Shown piece after piece: positions 36,001-48,567 of a DNA stretch of 64,000 nucleotides. Source of the DNA: Amoebophrya sp. A120 (Eukaryota; Protista; Dinoflagellata); assembly GCA_905178155.1 (NCBI GenBank), contig CAJINV010000001.1, forward strand, positions 11,092,311-11,156,310. Reading direction: 5' to 3'. The position numbers were made by a program, and so were the translations under genes. The first letter of the stretch is position 1; the number at the start of each line of letters is the position of its first letter. Under the pieces are notes generated by a model that was not told the origin of the DNA, did not search any database, and saw nothing but the letters and a program-made list of their open reading frames with translations.

Positions 36001-39000
36001 ACAAGCCGAAAGCGAGGGACCGGCATCTTCTGCGACGCCCGAACAGACCCACTCCGCTGTCTCAATGTCGGCAACTGGACGTGGCATGTCAGGAATGACC
36101 AAGCACGATTTTGGAGACATTGCTGCAAAGGCAGTCAAGACCACGGGTGCCGGAAGTAATACTGGTACTAGCTCCTCGTTGTTTGCAGACGGGTACCATT
36201 CCGGATCGCAGATAGGAGGAAGTAGCGCAATCGGTGAAAACTACTACGACCAGTTTCATCATGCGGTCGTCCCTGCTCCGACGCACAGACCTAGCCCATT
36301 GGACAGCGGCTACCGGGGCAGCGGCGCGGCGTACCATGCTAGTGGTGCTAGCTACGGCGGAACCTCCCTCGCCTCGGACACCTACGCACCTGCTCACCAA
36401 CAGCGTGGCGGCAACACCCGCAACCTCCCTGGCCTGGTGGGAGATCAACGGCCAAAGTCCAGCGCCCAGGTCGGTGGCCACGGACACGAGTACGATAGCC
36501 GGCCGATGTCCTCGTCGGACTACTACGCCCCAGCCCCGGCCCGGCTCCCCCGCGTTGATATGACCATCGACCTGGCGGGCATTTTTCGTCGCAGCATCGA
36601 AGAGAATCTGGTCCGAGACGACCGATTGGTCGCACTGGTGGAAGGCAGCCGCGCTGCGATGGACGAGTTGGGGGCCAGTTTGGTGAAGGACCACCGCACG
36701 CGCGACGCAATCGTGTCCGAAATGGACGGTAAGCGCGATCTGTGGAATCACATTTTGCAGGAGCACAGCACCGGGCTCTCTGCCAAGGAAACCCTGATCG
36801 AGCTGCTTGGCCGGCAACTCGTGGCGGACCCGAACTTCATCGGCGACTTGGCGGAAAACCTGATCCGTGCAGAGGACAAGGTGTCGCACAAATATTGGAT
36901 GTCGCCGTCGCTGATGCAGCTCGACACCGGGAGCCAAAAGGACGCTCTGTTGCGTGCCCTGCGCCGCCTAGAGGCCAGGATCTTACTCGGTGACAAGAAG
37001 GAAGCCGTGGCTTTCCAAGGTGGTCTCACAGCGGCGCACGAACAGGCTTCTTCATCTCTCCGCTTGCTGACCGCCGATCCCCCGACCCGAGTGACAAACT
37101 TTGAAAAGCCCAATAATCAGTGGCAGGGGCAGCGGCTACAACGAGAAAGTAAAATCATAGAGGATGGCGCAAAAATGAAGCAGCGCCAGGATGGGTCTGA
37201 AGAATTTTCACCAGCGCGACGCGGCGGAGGAGCAAGTGTAGCAGAGATACCATCGGTTTCATCATCCCAAGATCAGCAGCGCCAGCGGCAGGCACGCTCA
37301 AGCCGCCCATCGAGTCTGAACCTCGCAGCGACGGAGTTACGCCGTAAGGAGGAACTTCCATTTATCTTTTCGGACCTTGTTGGCGGGGGATCAACACCCG
37401 ATCCTGAAGCAGATGAGAAGACACGAAGCTCAACTTCATTACGAAATGCAAACAAGCCGGAACAAGATGTCGCACATACCCCGCAGGAGCAGCTGACCGG
37501 GGCTTTGCCAACCGCGTCGACGACGGCATTGCTGCACAAAGTGAATGCGGACATCAGGCAGCACCGAGGGCAGGCGTTCAATTCATCAACCGCATTCAAT
37601 GCGGACGACTACTACGAGCCCAGTGCAAAGGAGCTTTCCGGCGCCACAGCGCCGCTGTTTTCCGATCGAATTGCGCGCAGCCTTGAAGAGGATCCCAAGC
37701 TGCTGCAGGCCATCACCGCCCGTCATTACAAGATGAAGGAGGTAGCCTGCACGTTGGCCCGGCACATCGCAAAAATCAAGGTTGCGCCGGTAAATGAACG
37801 AAAGCTTTTGATGGTTCTTCTTCTACTTTCTTTTTGTTGCTTGTTATTTTTAGGAATAAACCCGGCGATGGTGCCTGTATTCCAAGTACGACTAGCTGAC
37901 GGCGAGATTTAGATTAGAACACGAAAATGCAAACAACAAAAACGACAAGAATCTATGCAAGCAAAAAAAAACTCTGAGAGCTACGTGAAGACTCTTTCTG
38001 CGGCTTTCGTTGCGAGTTCGAAATTGCTGACAGCGGAGGCGGCTGCCCGAATTTTGGAAAACTTTTCCACGCGTGATGTCGGAGCGATGGTAAAACGATA
38101 CGCAGTTCTTCAAACGAAAACTCATGCCCTGGGGTGTAATTTTTTTGCATTCTGCCATAGGCTCTCATTGAGGTCGGACCATGACTCTCTCACCCATGCC
38201 ACATTTCGCGATTCTTTCTTCAATCACATGCACGTGTTGTATATCTACTTTTTTTTTCAATTTCAATTCACAATAAAACAAAAACAGCTAGAGAACCCGC
38301 AGAAGTGTGTGCCATCCGCACGGGACTCGTGTCTGGGCGGGCGACTGCAGACGCTGGTTGCCACCGTCATCGCCTATTCGGAAATGGACCCGCAGGTCCG
38401 CCAACACCAGCCCCGCCTACGCAGCTCTGTGCCTCCGCCGCGGCCCCACCATCGTCCGCTCTCCAATCCGGACTTCGACTACTTAGCCATCGAGGGCACG
38501 GGAAGGCAGGGCAGGCAAGGCGGCATGTACCCTTCAACGTCAAAGACCACTTCCAGTAGCGCTGGCAGCTATGGAAGCGCCCTCGGCCTGCCCATGGCGG
38601 AACACGCCGGCAACGACGGGCCCGCGCCGTCGCTTCCTCAGGTCGGCTTAGTGGATACGATGTCGCACAATTTCTACGACAATAAACCGCGTGCATTGCC
38701 GTCGACGCCGGTTTTGGATGGAGCGCCGAGAACTTCATCGACGAATGGTGCAGGTACACAGGCATCACCAGCACCTTCAAAAAGCTCGAAAATCTCAGAA
38801 CGGGGCGATTTCGGCCTTCTCCGACCGGCTGTAGACAACACTGCGAACAGCAGCAAGGGCACGCCCAGTCCTGTAGTATTCTCATCCGCAGCGCCATTGG
38901 TTGCCGCCTCGTCCAACCTCCCAGCGTCAGGAAGAAGCACGAGCTCCAGTGTTGGCACCAGTCGTGCTAGTTCGGTCACGAGTGAGAATGATGTCACGGG

Positions 39001-39304
39001 CAAGCTCAAAATCACGCATCTTACTCGGGATCATGTTCGCCCTGTGCCCGGCACCACGACAGGGAGGACAGGAGGTAGAGCAGAAAAGGAGGACGACGTG
39101 GAGGTCTTGAACAGGCTGAATCAGAATGCCGAAGCGAAGAGGCAGTTAGAGGAAGGAAGGAGTGCTGGGGGCGACAAAGGAGGTGTTGTAAGGGCAGCAG
39201 AGAAAGGCCGAGAGACGACGACCGGTCGGGAGCCGCCCAAGAAAACCGTACAGTTTGACCTGGTGCGTTCATCTTCCCCAACTCCAACTGCAGCGAGTCG
39301 TTGA
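33035..39304 (+). CDS. Large multi-exon putative secreted protein with acidic/Ser-rich linkers and repeated helical L-x-x-D-x-x-F modules
   Basis: ORFs 32930, 34165, 34850 and 37955; hydrophobic N-terminal stretch (AALVMLLKIFGV); plausible introns at ~34013-34230, ~34520-34835, ~37781-37912 and ~38090-38287. Confidence 0.65.
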
Positions 39305-40320
39305 TCTTCGCCTCGTCGAATGTACAAAGTAACAGGTGGACAACTTCTTCCTTGAATGGTATTAATTTTTTCATGCGCGTTGGAAGCGTAGTACTAGAAC
39401 TAGAAGCCGCGTACCGTGATTTTTCAGAGTTTGATGTTACTAGAAACAAACAAGCCGCTATCTTGCGACCTCTTGATCAAAAATCCACGAGTGGTGTAAA
39501 AACTCGTCCGCGTACCTTTGAATCAGAAACCAGAAGCCGAAAAAACTGTGTATCCGTTGTCACTTTCAATTATTCCAAGTACATTGCTGCACTAGATTCT
39601 TCTTCCAAGAATGAAGAGGGAACTGTTCGCCTTGCTCACCGGTCAATCACGTTTCACTGTACAAAAACGACTGTGGGAGCAGAGACGACACTGGCCATCT
39701 ATACCGCATTTTTATTTTTTTTGAAAAATGATATATGAATGAAAGAATCTTCGAAGTCGATTACGATTTCAAACCCTTGTACAATCTGAAAACCGTACAG
39801 AAGCAAGTAGAAAAATGAACCAAATGAAGATGACAAGTAGAGAACATGCACGAACTACATCATACATATTCAGCAATCTGCTGCAATTTTATGAAAAGAA
39901 AAACAGGCGCGATGTTCAATGCCCTCCGTTCCCGACAGCGGATGGCGACGGAAGCAACCACCTACTAGAAGCTCAGCGTTAAGGAAAAAAGTGCCTTCTT
40001 TCGTGTGTGGACGTTGCCACTCATCTTCACTGCCCTTGCTCCCGCTAGGGTTCGAGTGTCGAGCGGCCAGATGGCGTGCGCAGCAACTGCAACCTGAAAT
40101 CAAGATGAGAGCGCAAGCGGCGGCAGTCCTCTTTACTCAGAGGAGGCGAGCGAAAAAAAATTCTAGAGAGACTATGTCCCTTCATCTTCCTGAGATGGTT
40201 GCTTTCGTTCTATGATTTTCTTCGTGAAAAAAAGTGATTTTATTTGTCACAGTTCATCCCTGAGCTGAGCCTGAGGCAGACGAGAAACAGCACGATCACG
40301 TTGTACTATTGACAATAATC

Positions 40321-40797
40321 ATGCCGATCACTTGGAAGCCGGTCGAGTATTGCCATTGCTCCGGGTCCTGCTTGTGCAAGGACTGTTTGTGTCCCTGCAT
40401 TGGAGCGTACGAGAATGCGCGAAAAGTGGACGCCCCAAATGCGTTGCTGCACGGCGCCCTGACTTGCCTCTGCATCAATAACTGGCCCTGCGTGGTCGGC
40501 ATGGGCTTGAAAATCCTGTTGACGGAGCACATCGGGAATCACACCAACGCGGACCTGGCAGTTGCCGAGTTGTACAAGAATCCGCTGGATTTTGGCTTGG
40601 TTTTTTCTGATTTCTGCCACGCCTGGTGTTGCACGCCGTGTTTCTTGAACTCGCTCTCAAGAAGTGTGGACGAGTACGTCAACAGTGGGCAGTGCGAGAA
40701 GGACAAGAAAATGAGAGAGGCAACCTCCGGCCTCAAGGTCGCGCCCCAGCAGCAGGTCATGGTGCTCAAGCCGATGGAGGACCCGGTCACGCATTAG
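40321..40797 (+). CDS. PLAC8-family (Cys-rich) protein, intronless
   Basis: CLCKDCLCPC near the N-terminus and SDFCHAWCCTPCFLNSLSR near the C-terminus match the two Cys blocks of PLAC8/cornifelin-type proteins; 158 aa. Confidence 0.75.
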   Translation: MPITWKPVEYCHCSGSCLCKDCLCPCIGAYENARKVDAPNALLHGALTCLCINNWPCVVGMGLKILLTEHIGNHTNADLAVAELYKNPLDFGLVFSDFCHAWCCTPCFLNSLSRSVDEYVNSGQCEKDKKMREATSGLKVAPQQQVMVLKPMEDPVTH

Positions 40798-41736
40798 GCG
40801 GGAAGTTTGTTAGCCTTACTGTGCCCCGGAGGTTCAGGGAATCGATTTATTATGATTCATTTGCGCAAAGGGTAAGGGTTGATATTGATTCACTATGATC
40901 TACGCAGATACAACTAAAGCTCACCATATATTACTGCATCTGAGTAAATTAGTGGTGATGTAGTTGATCCATTGATGAGTCACTGTTTCGGTTTCGTTTA
41001 CATTGATAGATCTGCAAGCGCCTAAGTACTTGTGCAATCAAATGCAAGAGTGATGTTTTATTTGTCTGATACTTTTCCTTTTGTTCCAAAGACTAAGACA
41101 AAGTCCCACGACCCAGTTGGAATTTGATCTCGTTCCGTCTCTGCAGCCTCAAAAAGCTGAGAGACATAAGCAATGCTTTGCTTCTACTCCACTTATGTTG
41201 ATTTCAATATTCTTCATGCTACGTCGCACGATCGCCAGCAGTACAAATCATATGTGGGGCGAAAGGAGCAAGAGCTACGAAAAACCACACTGAGTTTACT
41301 GCATGAAGAGCGAGCTCTTCTGTGAGTGAATGAGGGTTAGAGTTAGTGATTGTGACAAACTGCGTCATCTGTGGCGTTTAATGATTTTTGAGCATGAGAT
41401 ACAGCCTAAGCGTCAGATTCAGATACTGATACAGCTTCTCAACATACGACGACCGATTGTTTCAGAGTGAAAGATGAAAACAACATCAAACCGCACAAGT
41501 GCCGCGGCCGCTTTGTCATTCTCAGTTCTCCTTCTGTGTCCGCCAGGGGGAAAAAATCATACGCTGAGTTTGTTTCAGGAGATGTACATTTCTCTTTCTG
41601 ACTGGCACCAGAGGATTTGCATGTCGCACTCAGCGAATCAAGCAGCGACCACGAAGATGTTGGACTAAAACAATTTTCGATCGGTTTTTTTTTCGAACCA
41701 GCATGTAGTTGCCGCTGGGCGACCGGGGCTCGCGAT

Positions 41737-44700
41737 ATGCCAATGCGCGGGCGGCGCCGGGGACTAGTGCTGTGTTGCGCAACAAGCTCCGCGCCGGCTG
41801 CGACATTTTTCGTTCTCTTTCTGGACAGCCTCTTTCTGTTTTTGCAGGCAGCGCAGCTGCATGACGAGCGGGACACTGGCAGTGGCGCTTCTGGATCCTC
41901 CGTGAGAAGTGCTGCTACTACACCTGCGAAAAATACGGCTGTCGAAACAGAATGGTCGTCCGGCGGTGCAGCGTCTCCGCGTGATGTAGACACGACGCCC
42001 GTCCTCGTGCGGCAAGACCTGTCTGAAGAACGGCACGCGCGGCCTAACGAGGACGCAGATTTTCTGGACGAGGAAGTAGAAGATCATGCGCAGCAGAGCA
42101 GCCTTGCCCGGCTGGATTATGTCGACGAGGAGAACGAGAACAATCAAGATCAACAAAACCAAAACGAAGCGCTCGACGACCTTGCCACTCTGCAACTTTC
42201 CGTTGCGGCGCACAGTGGGCAAGACCCGGGCGGGAACGCGACCGGGGACGCCGAAGTCACGGCTACTGACGATAATTCGACCTCCCTCGGGGATCTTTTC
42301 GCAGAAGAAAACGCCACGGCTGCGGGGAACGAGACCGGGGATGTAAATGGTACCGATGTGAATGGTACGGTTGCCGTTACCGAGGAAAGCGCCGGCACGC
42401 CGGAGGAGGCGAAAGAAAACGCCCAGACGTTCACGCCCTTGGTCCGCAATGTCGGTGCGGAGTTGGCGGCGGACGCAAACTTCCAGCTCGCCCTGGCCCG
42501 CCTGCTGGTGCGGTACCCGGAGATATCAGCGGAGAACAAAATGCTAGTATAGTAAAGTAGGATGCGCATGCGTCCGCAACTGGAAGATCATGTCCACTGC
42601 GCACAACTATCTACAAATGATAAGCCGATGTTGAAGGAGATGACAGCGACCGGCGCGTCAAAGCACCACAGTATGCTGAAATCACTTTGACTTGCACTTG
42701 AAGGCATCTTTCAGGGAAGTAGGGCGCCTCTTGTGTGTGTGTTCTCTGTGTCATTCAATTTGAACATGCATCGCTTGTTTTTAGCATTTTGGTTTTCGCA
42801 TGTGATACTTGTCGGAGCCTCACGTACGCACCGTGGAGTACGTACAAGACGGCGTTATGCGCGACAGCATGGCCGGAATTCTGAAGGTACTCTACATTAG
42901 TTACTCCCACTGTTGTGAGATGTAGGTCTATGACTTTGACGCTGAAAGTTATTAGTGGGATGCACACAGGCATAATACACAGATTGTTGCAGCACGGTTT
43001 TTTCGACCAGGTTTCAGGGTTCTATAGTTTTCTTGACCTTGGCGATGGCTCAATAGCAGTACCCGAACCCATCCCTTAGAGATTCAAACCTAATCTCCGC
43101 AGGGCGACGGAAACTTCACGAAGATAATTCGGGACATCATGACGCCGCTGGTGATGGCCAAGCTGCGAGAGGCGGAGGCAAGCGACATCGGGGACCTGGA
43201 GCAGCGCATCATGGACGCGGTGGCCCAAGTAGTGGCGGACGACATTGCATTCGTTGACAAGGTGCAGGCCATTTTGACAGCACACAAAGACTTATGAAAT
43301 AGGGCGACACGTCCGCCTTGAGCTTGTTGACACGTGCTATGCATATTTCTGATCGATCATGTACAGAATTGAATATGGCCCCCGAAGGGAGCGCACCAAC
43401 TACAGCAAGAGCAACTGAGGGAAGATGATATTTGTTGGCGCAGGAAAGTATCGAACGATCGACATGAGTTTTAAAATCCATCGTGGCTATCTTCGATGAA
43501 CACATTATGCCGCATAGCAACATGTTTGGAGGCGGGGGCGAGTTTCCATAGCATGAGATGCGAAAGAGGCCGAAAACTCTGCGACCACTACCGCGCCTGC
43601 CGTCGGACTTTTCTTGCAGTTCGGCCAGTCTCTAAACCTGCGCCAGCTGCAGGTTGCGGGCTTCTACGGCCAGAAACATCTTCACAGCCAGCAAATCCGC
43701 GACGCAACTGCCGAGGACCTGGTGTTTGGAAAACTGCGGGAAAAATTACATGAGCACGGTAGCTTGGCGGGAAACAAGATGGTGCAGGAGACTGCAGGTA
43801 GTGCCGCCCCTGGCGGGAAGGCGTCGGACCTGGAAGGCACAGATACCAAATCTCCTGGCGCCGGAGCAGCTGATCAGTCACACACTAAGAAAGATGAAGA
43901 ACAAATGACTGCGTCTGCGGAGAGGAGGGAACGGCAGGAGGACATTGTCACGCGCCTCGATGAAACAAGCATGTTCGACTACGAGCCGAGGAAGCAACAT
44001 CAGCAGCGAGTTGATGGTCCAAGCTCCGGAGCCGGACCCTCTGCAACATCAGCAACGCAAAGTACGAAGACGAAACGTCATCTTTGTCGCTATCACTATC
44101 AGTTCCTATGAAGAACAGACACGATTTCATTTCCATTTTTTATGTATCTCGTCCATGGTCCTGCAGCTCCAGGTCCAGTTTGCATTTTCCGTATTTGACT
44201 TGCATCACATCACATTAAAGAGTTTTGATGGCATCACAGTTGCTGGCATTTTTATGGTTTGTATGTTCATGTTGTTGTGTCTGCATATCATCCACTAGAT
44301 GGAAAGTTTTTGTGCTGGAAAGTTCTTGTGCATGCAGGATGAAAGTGCGAAGCAAGCGTCCTCATACTCAGAGTTGTGCTCCTCGGTACTACTGAAACTG
44401 GTAGCGTTCTTCTTCGTTTTCATACCGAATTCGGATCAGAACGCGGTCGCGGCCACGAGGTCTCCCGCGGAAAAATCAAAATCAGCTGCTGAACACGGAG
44501 CGGAAAAAGTAGATGGAGATTTGCTCCCCGCCCCCTCATCGTCAGCGCAACTGGAGCTGGCGTCAAGCCGACGGCTGAAGGGAACCTCCACTTCTACCGG
44601 AAGAAAAAGCGGTGCGAGCGGGGACGAGCCCACTGATGTTTCGGACGAGGCAGCAAAGAACCAGACGAGCTTCAACTTCGACAAGTTGTATCAAAGTGAA

Positions 44701-47263
44701 AAAAGCCCCCACCCCATATCGGAAACGGAAGGTGCGCGAATTTGTGATGCTGTATTTGAGTACACAAATCGACTTGTATTGCTAGAAGTCCAAGAGACGA
44801 GGCTGCGGCCTAAATTGCAGGCAATCTGTCACGTTGTTTCCCGCTTCTAGTTGCATCCTGTCATCCTGGAGCTGCAAGGCTTTCCCACGCTAGGCAGCAC
44901 TACAGACCGCATCTTTTGCCTTCTAGCATCGCAAAGCTGACCACAAATCTGCATGACAGATTTCCGTTTTGATATGGGGAGGGGGCATTTTTCATTGTAA
45001 TAAGTTGCCACTGGTGACCAAGGCGGTTTACGGTTATTTGGCGCAGGCGGACGTTATCACACACAAAGAGCCAAGTATAGCACAACACTTCTGTACGTCT
45101 GGCTACATAAAAGAAAAAAGATACTTCAGACAGAACACTCCATTTTATTCCTACAATAATTTTTCGCATGACATCAAATCCCTTGCATGATGTTGAGGAT
45201 GCAAACTACCACTCATATGAATAGAACAAGGACGAGAAGCACATGCATCGAAGTCCTCGGAAAGATCTGTTGTCATGGGCTAGCCCCACCTGTCAGCATG
45301 CTGTTTAGGGTATGCGTATGCAAATTTCACTTTAGAAGTTTCGAGAACAAGAATGCTGCGCTAGCTCTTTCGCCGGCATGCACGTTCTTGGCCGGGCCAT
45401 CGGGGATATGATTGTGGAAGACGAATCCAACGCGTGGCTGATAGAAATGGGCACCAAGCTAGCCGCGAACACAACCTTCGCTACAGACTACGTTCCTGGC
45501 ATGGTTGGTCTGGAGTCAAATCAAAGCTTTTTAGTTTCCCTTTAAAACGTTAACACGCAGGAGCTGCAACTGTAATGGGAACCGTTTATGAAAATCAATC
45601 TATCATAGTAGTGGATAAGGATGTACAACAAAACTACTTGTACTACAACAGAGGCCCATCAATCATAGTAGTGGATAAGGAAATAGAATATTTGACGTGA
45701 CTCCTGCAGCCGCTTTTTGCGTTGATACGGCTTTGTGGCAAACGATGCTGACAGATCAGGACTGGCTGGACGGCCTGATCGGCAAGGGGGTTGACTTCGA
45801 TGACCGCTCGGGGGCGATGTTTCGCGACCACATTGCCGACCACATCATCCAGGATCGCAGACTCATCATCAATGTTGCGCACCTGCTCGTCGGCCTTCCC
45901 ATCTTGACAACTACCAGCACCACTACCACCGCTGCGGGCATACTGTCTCTTGCAGAAACGGCACGGGAGGAGGAAAGAACCGGGGGCGAGGACAAGATAC
46001 GAAGAGCAGACGAAAGGGAAGAAGCAACTTCCGCTGGTGGAAAGACTCGGCGCGCAGAGGTGGACCCGACGAGAATTACCGCAGTGGACGCGGCCAATGA
46101 CCAAAGTAAAGCCGATGGCTCTTCGTCTTCACCAACTACCTCCTCTCTCATGTCGGTGATAGAAGCAAAACGAGCCGGCGAGGAAGCCGAAGCGTCTGTC
46201 AGGGACGGGACGACAGCTAAGGCATCCACTGGGGGCACCAGTAGAAGTTCGAGTTCCACAACAGTGGCGGACCACGAGGACGGAAAGAATACTGGTTTAG
46301 AAGACCACCTCCAGGCGACTTCGCAAGTTGACCGTTTATCGGCCTCGGAGAAAAAAGTTAAGATGGCGACCGACAGCGCAGTGGAAGCTACGAGGACACC
46401 GAATCCAGCACGCTTTGTGTTCGAAGCGCTCTTTGGCAAGAGTACCGATTCCGCTGCAGGAGGAGGTGCCGCGACCTCCTTTCTCGAACTGAAAGCCGAA
46501 CGGGCGGAGCCAACAGGCGGCGCAAACGAGACCAGCGGCGCCATGTATCAGAGTGCACTGCTTGTCCTCTTCTTAATGCGAAGGGCATGGCGGGCAAGAA
46601 CAGAGTCCTCGAGGGCAGAAGTGTAGTATACATAGTACTCCTATGTTGAATTGAAATGTTTGAAGTACTTGTTCTGGCATGAAAAAAGAAGACGGGATAA
46701 GCTGTGCACTGCGATACCGTGGAGAGCGTTTTGAAGCAGGCGGAGGCGAAGACGCAGCAACAGTTCTGGACGGATCTCTCGCTCGCTCTAGTGGACGATG
46801 ACTTCTTTCTCAGAAAGGTGCTTTTTCTCAGGGGTCTTTTCTAGTCTTGCGTGTCGATGTCGCCAACATTTTGCCCCCTAGTAAATTTCAATTTCTGTCT
46901 GCTTTTTGTTCTACTTCAGGTGAGGTACCACGTGGAACAACGCACGAGACGTTATTCAAAAATCCCAGCTGTTTATGTTTTTTTCAACAGGTCTCTCATT
47001 TCGCACAGAAGAACGTGCTGGAGCGGCCGTTGGAGCTCGCGCTTGACTATCGACAGATGCTTGCGGAGAACATCGCGAAGAATCCGGATTTGCTCGAGGA
47101 CGCTGTGAACGTCATCGCGAACAAGTTGCTCGCAAATTTCGACGCCTTTGTGGCGGAAATCAAGTCGAAAATCCTAGGTATGGGGCCCTTGGGCGAGACT
47201 TTCCTGAACAACGTCGCAGCCGAGCTGATCGGCGAACCCGTCATGAAGATGCCCGATGCGTAA
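41737..47263 (+). CDS. Multi-exon putative secreted protein related to the 33-39 kb gene (helical L-x-x-D-x-x-F modules)
   Basis: Signal-like FFVLFLDSLFLFLQA. Exons include 41737-42546, 43103-43261, 43620-44061, 44426-~44731, ~45385-45503, ~45740-46544, 46718-46817 and 46991-47263. Several joins checked in frame. Confidence 0.7.
44062..44425 (+). other. Non-canonical GT-AC intron with 13-bp terminal stem
   Basis: A|GTACGAAGACGAA...TTCGTTTTCATAC|CG; 1 mismatch and 1 G-U; the join gives SATQ-T-NSDQ in frame. Confidence 0.7.
46545..46717 (+). other. Non-canonical GT-AC intron with 14-bp terminal inverted repeat
   Basis: AT|GTATCAGAGTGCAC...GTGCACTGCGATAC|C; 12/14 paired; the join gives SGA-I-VESVLKQAE. 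Confidence 0.8.
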
Positions 47264-48567
47264 CTGCAAGCGAAGCAGCACGGGGTTTGCGAAAGTGGAA
47301 AGATCTTCTTCAAGCTTGATGGGGGCATCCGAGTCGTCTGAGCACAGTGTGTGTGGGTATTACTCCACGAGGCCGACAACGCGGGCAAGTTAGACATCAA
47401 CTTGATTCTGTTTATACACCAAATCAACTAATACTAAATCTTCTAAACCTATCCCTATCCGCTGAGGATAAACTAAAATCTAAAGAAAAGACGATAACTC
47501 GAGAATAAAGTTTGTTATTTTAGTTTTTCACATCTGGATCTGGCCCTGGCCAGTTTCACGATGGCCTTAAACGCAAGAACACAAAGCTTTTTTTGGAAAA
47601 TTTCAAGAGCGACGAGAACTCCTAAGCACCTGCGGGACGTCGAGGAGGCAAAAGCACCAAGTGCGAGTGTCGGTCTGTATTTGCAGCTTCTCACGGCGCT
47701 TCGTTGTGCTAATGTGGTTTCAAAGTCGGTGTATGTAGAGAAGGAAATGTATTGTACAATTACACTCTCATGAAAGATACGCAATGTCGTGCTGAAATTG
47801 TCTTGCAGGCACGTCGCCGTCAGCCGTGAAGGTGTTTCACGTGCTTTCTTCAAAAAACGGGCTTTGGCATAATAAATTCACATGGCTACCAAATCGAAAT
47901 GAACCTAGACGCAGATATCACTTCCTTCCGAGGCCACCTTCTATATTCGATTTCCATCTCGATCTTCTTCTTCGCGACTCTGATGTGAGCGCTCCCGCCT
48001 CCATGTTTGTCTTTGTTTTGCAAAGACGTGCCTTCCCGCGAGAACTGTTCCCTATTGTTCTACCTGTCGCTAGTATTCCACGTAAGTTAACAACTTTTTC
48101 CGCTGAATATCAATATGAATGCGATGAATGTCTACTTCTACTTCATCACAAGGCCGGTATCTGCTTTGTAGCTTTTGCTTTTCATCAATCTTGACATACA
48201 CGACGTTGCGTTGCCTTCACAGGGGCCAACGCCAACAGAGCAGGGATGAGCAAAAAGAGGAGCGAGAGTGTGTGAGCAGCTGTGTGTCTGTTCTGTAGTG
48301 AAACGAGTGCCTGTGCCAGGAAAATTGACGTAAAAACTACTCTCTCCTGTCTCAGATGCTATCAAAAACGATCTATTTCTATGCCTCTTTGTCATGATTT
48401 GCGCAAGCGCCGGAGTGGCGTCGACCCCGGTCAAGGTGCACTTCCGTACCAATATAAAAGAGGGAAAGTCAAAACTCTCTACTATATCTTCGATCCTTTT
48501 GAGATCAGACCATAGCGAGAAAATGGATGCAGTAAAGAAATCTAGAAGAAAAGCCAGGTCCTCGTAG

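Noticed and set aside
45598-45682. Short intronic duplications (ATCATAGTAGTGGATAAGGA x2; similar cases at ~10444-10492 and ~49146-49228)
   Set aside because: Ordinary local tandem duplications with no further structure.
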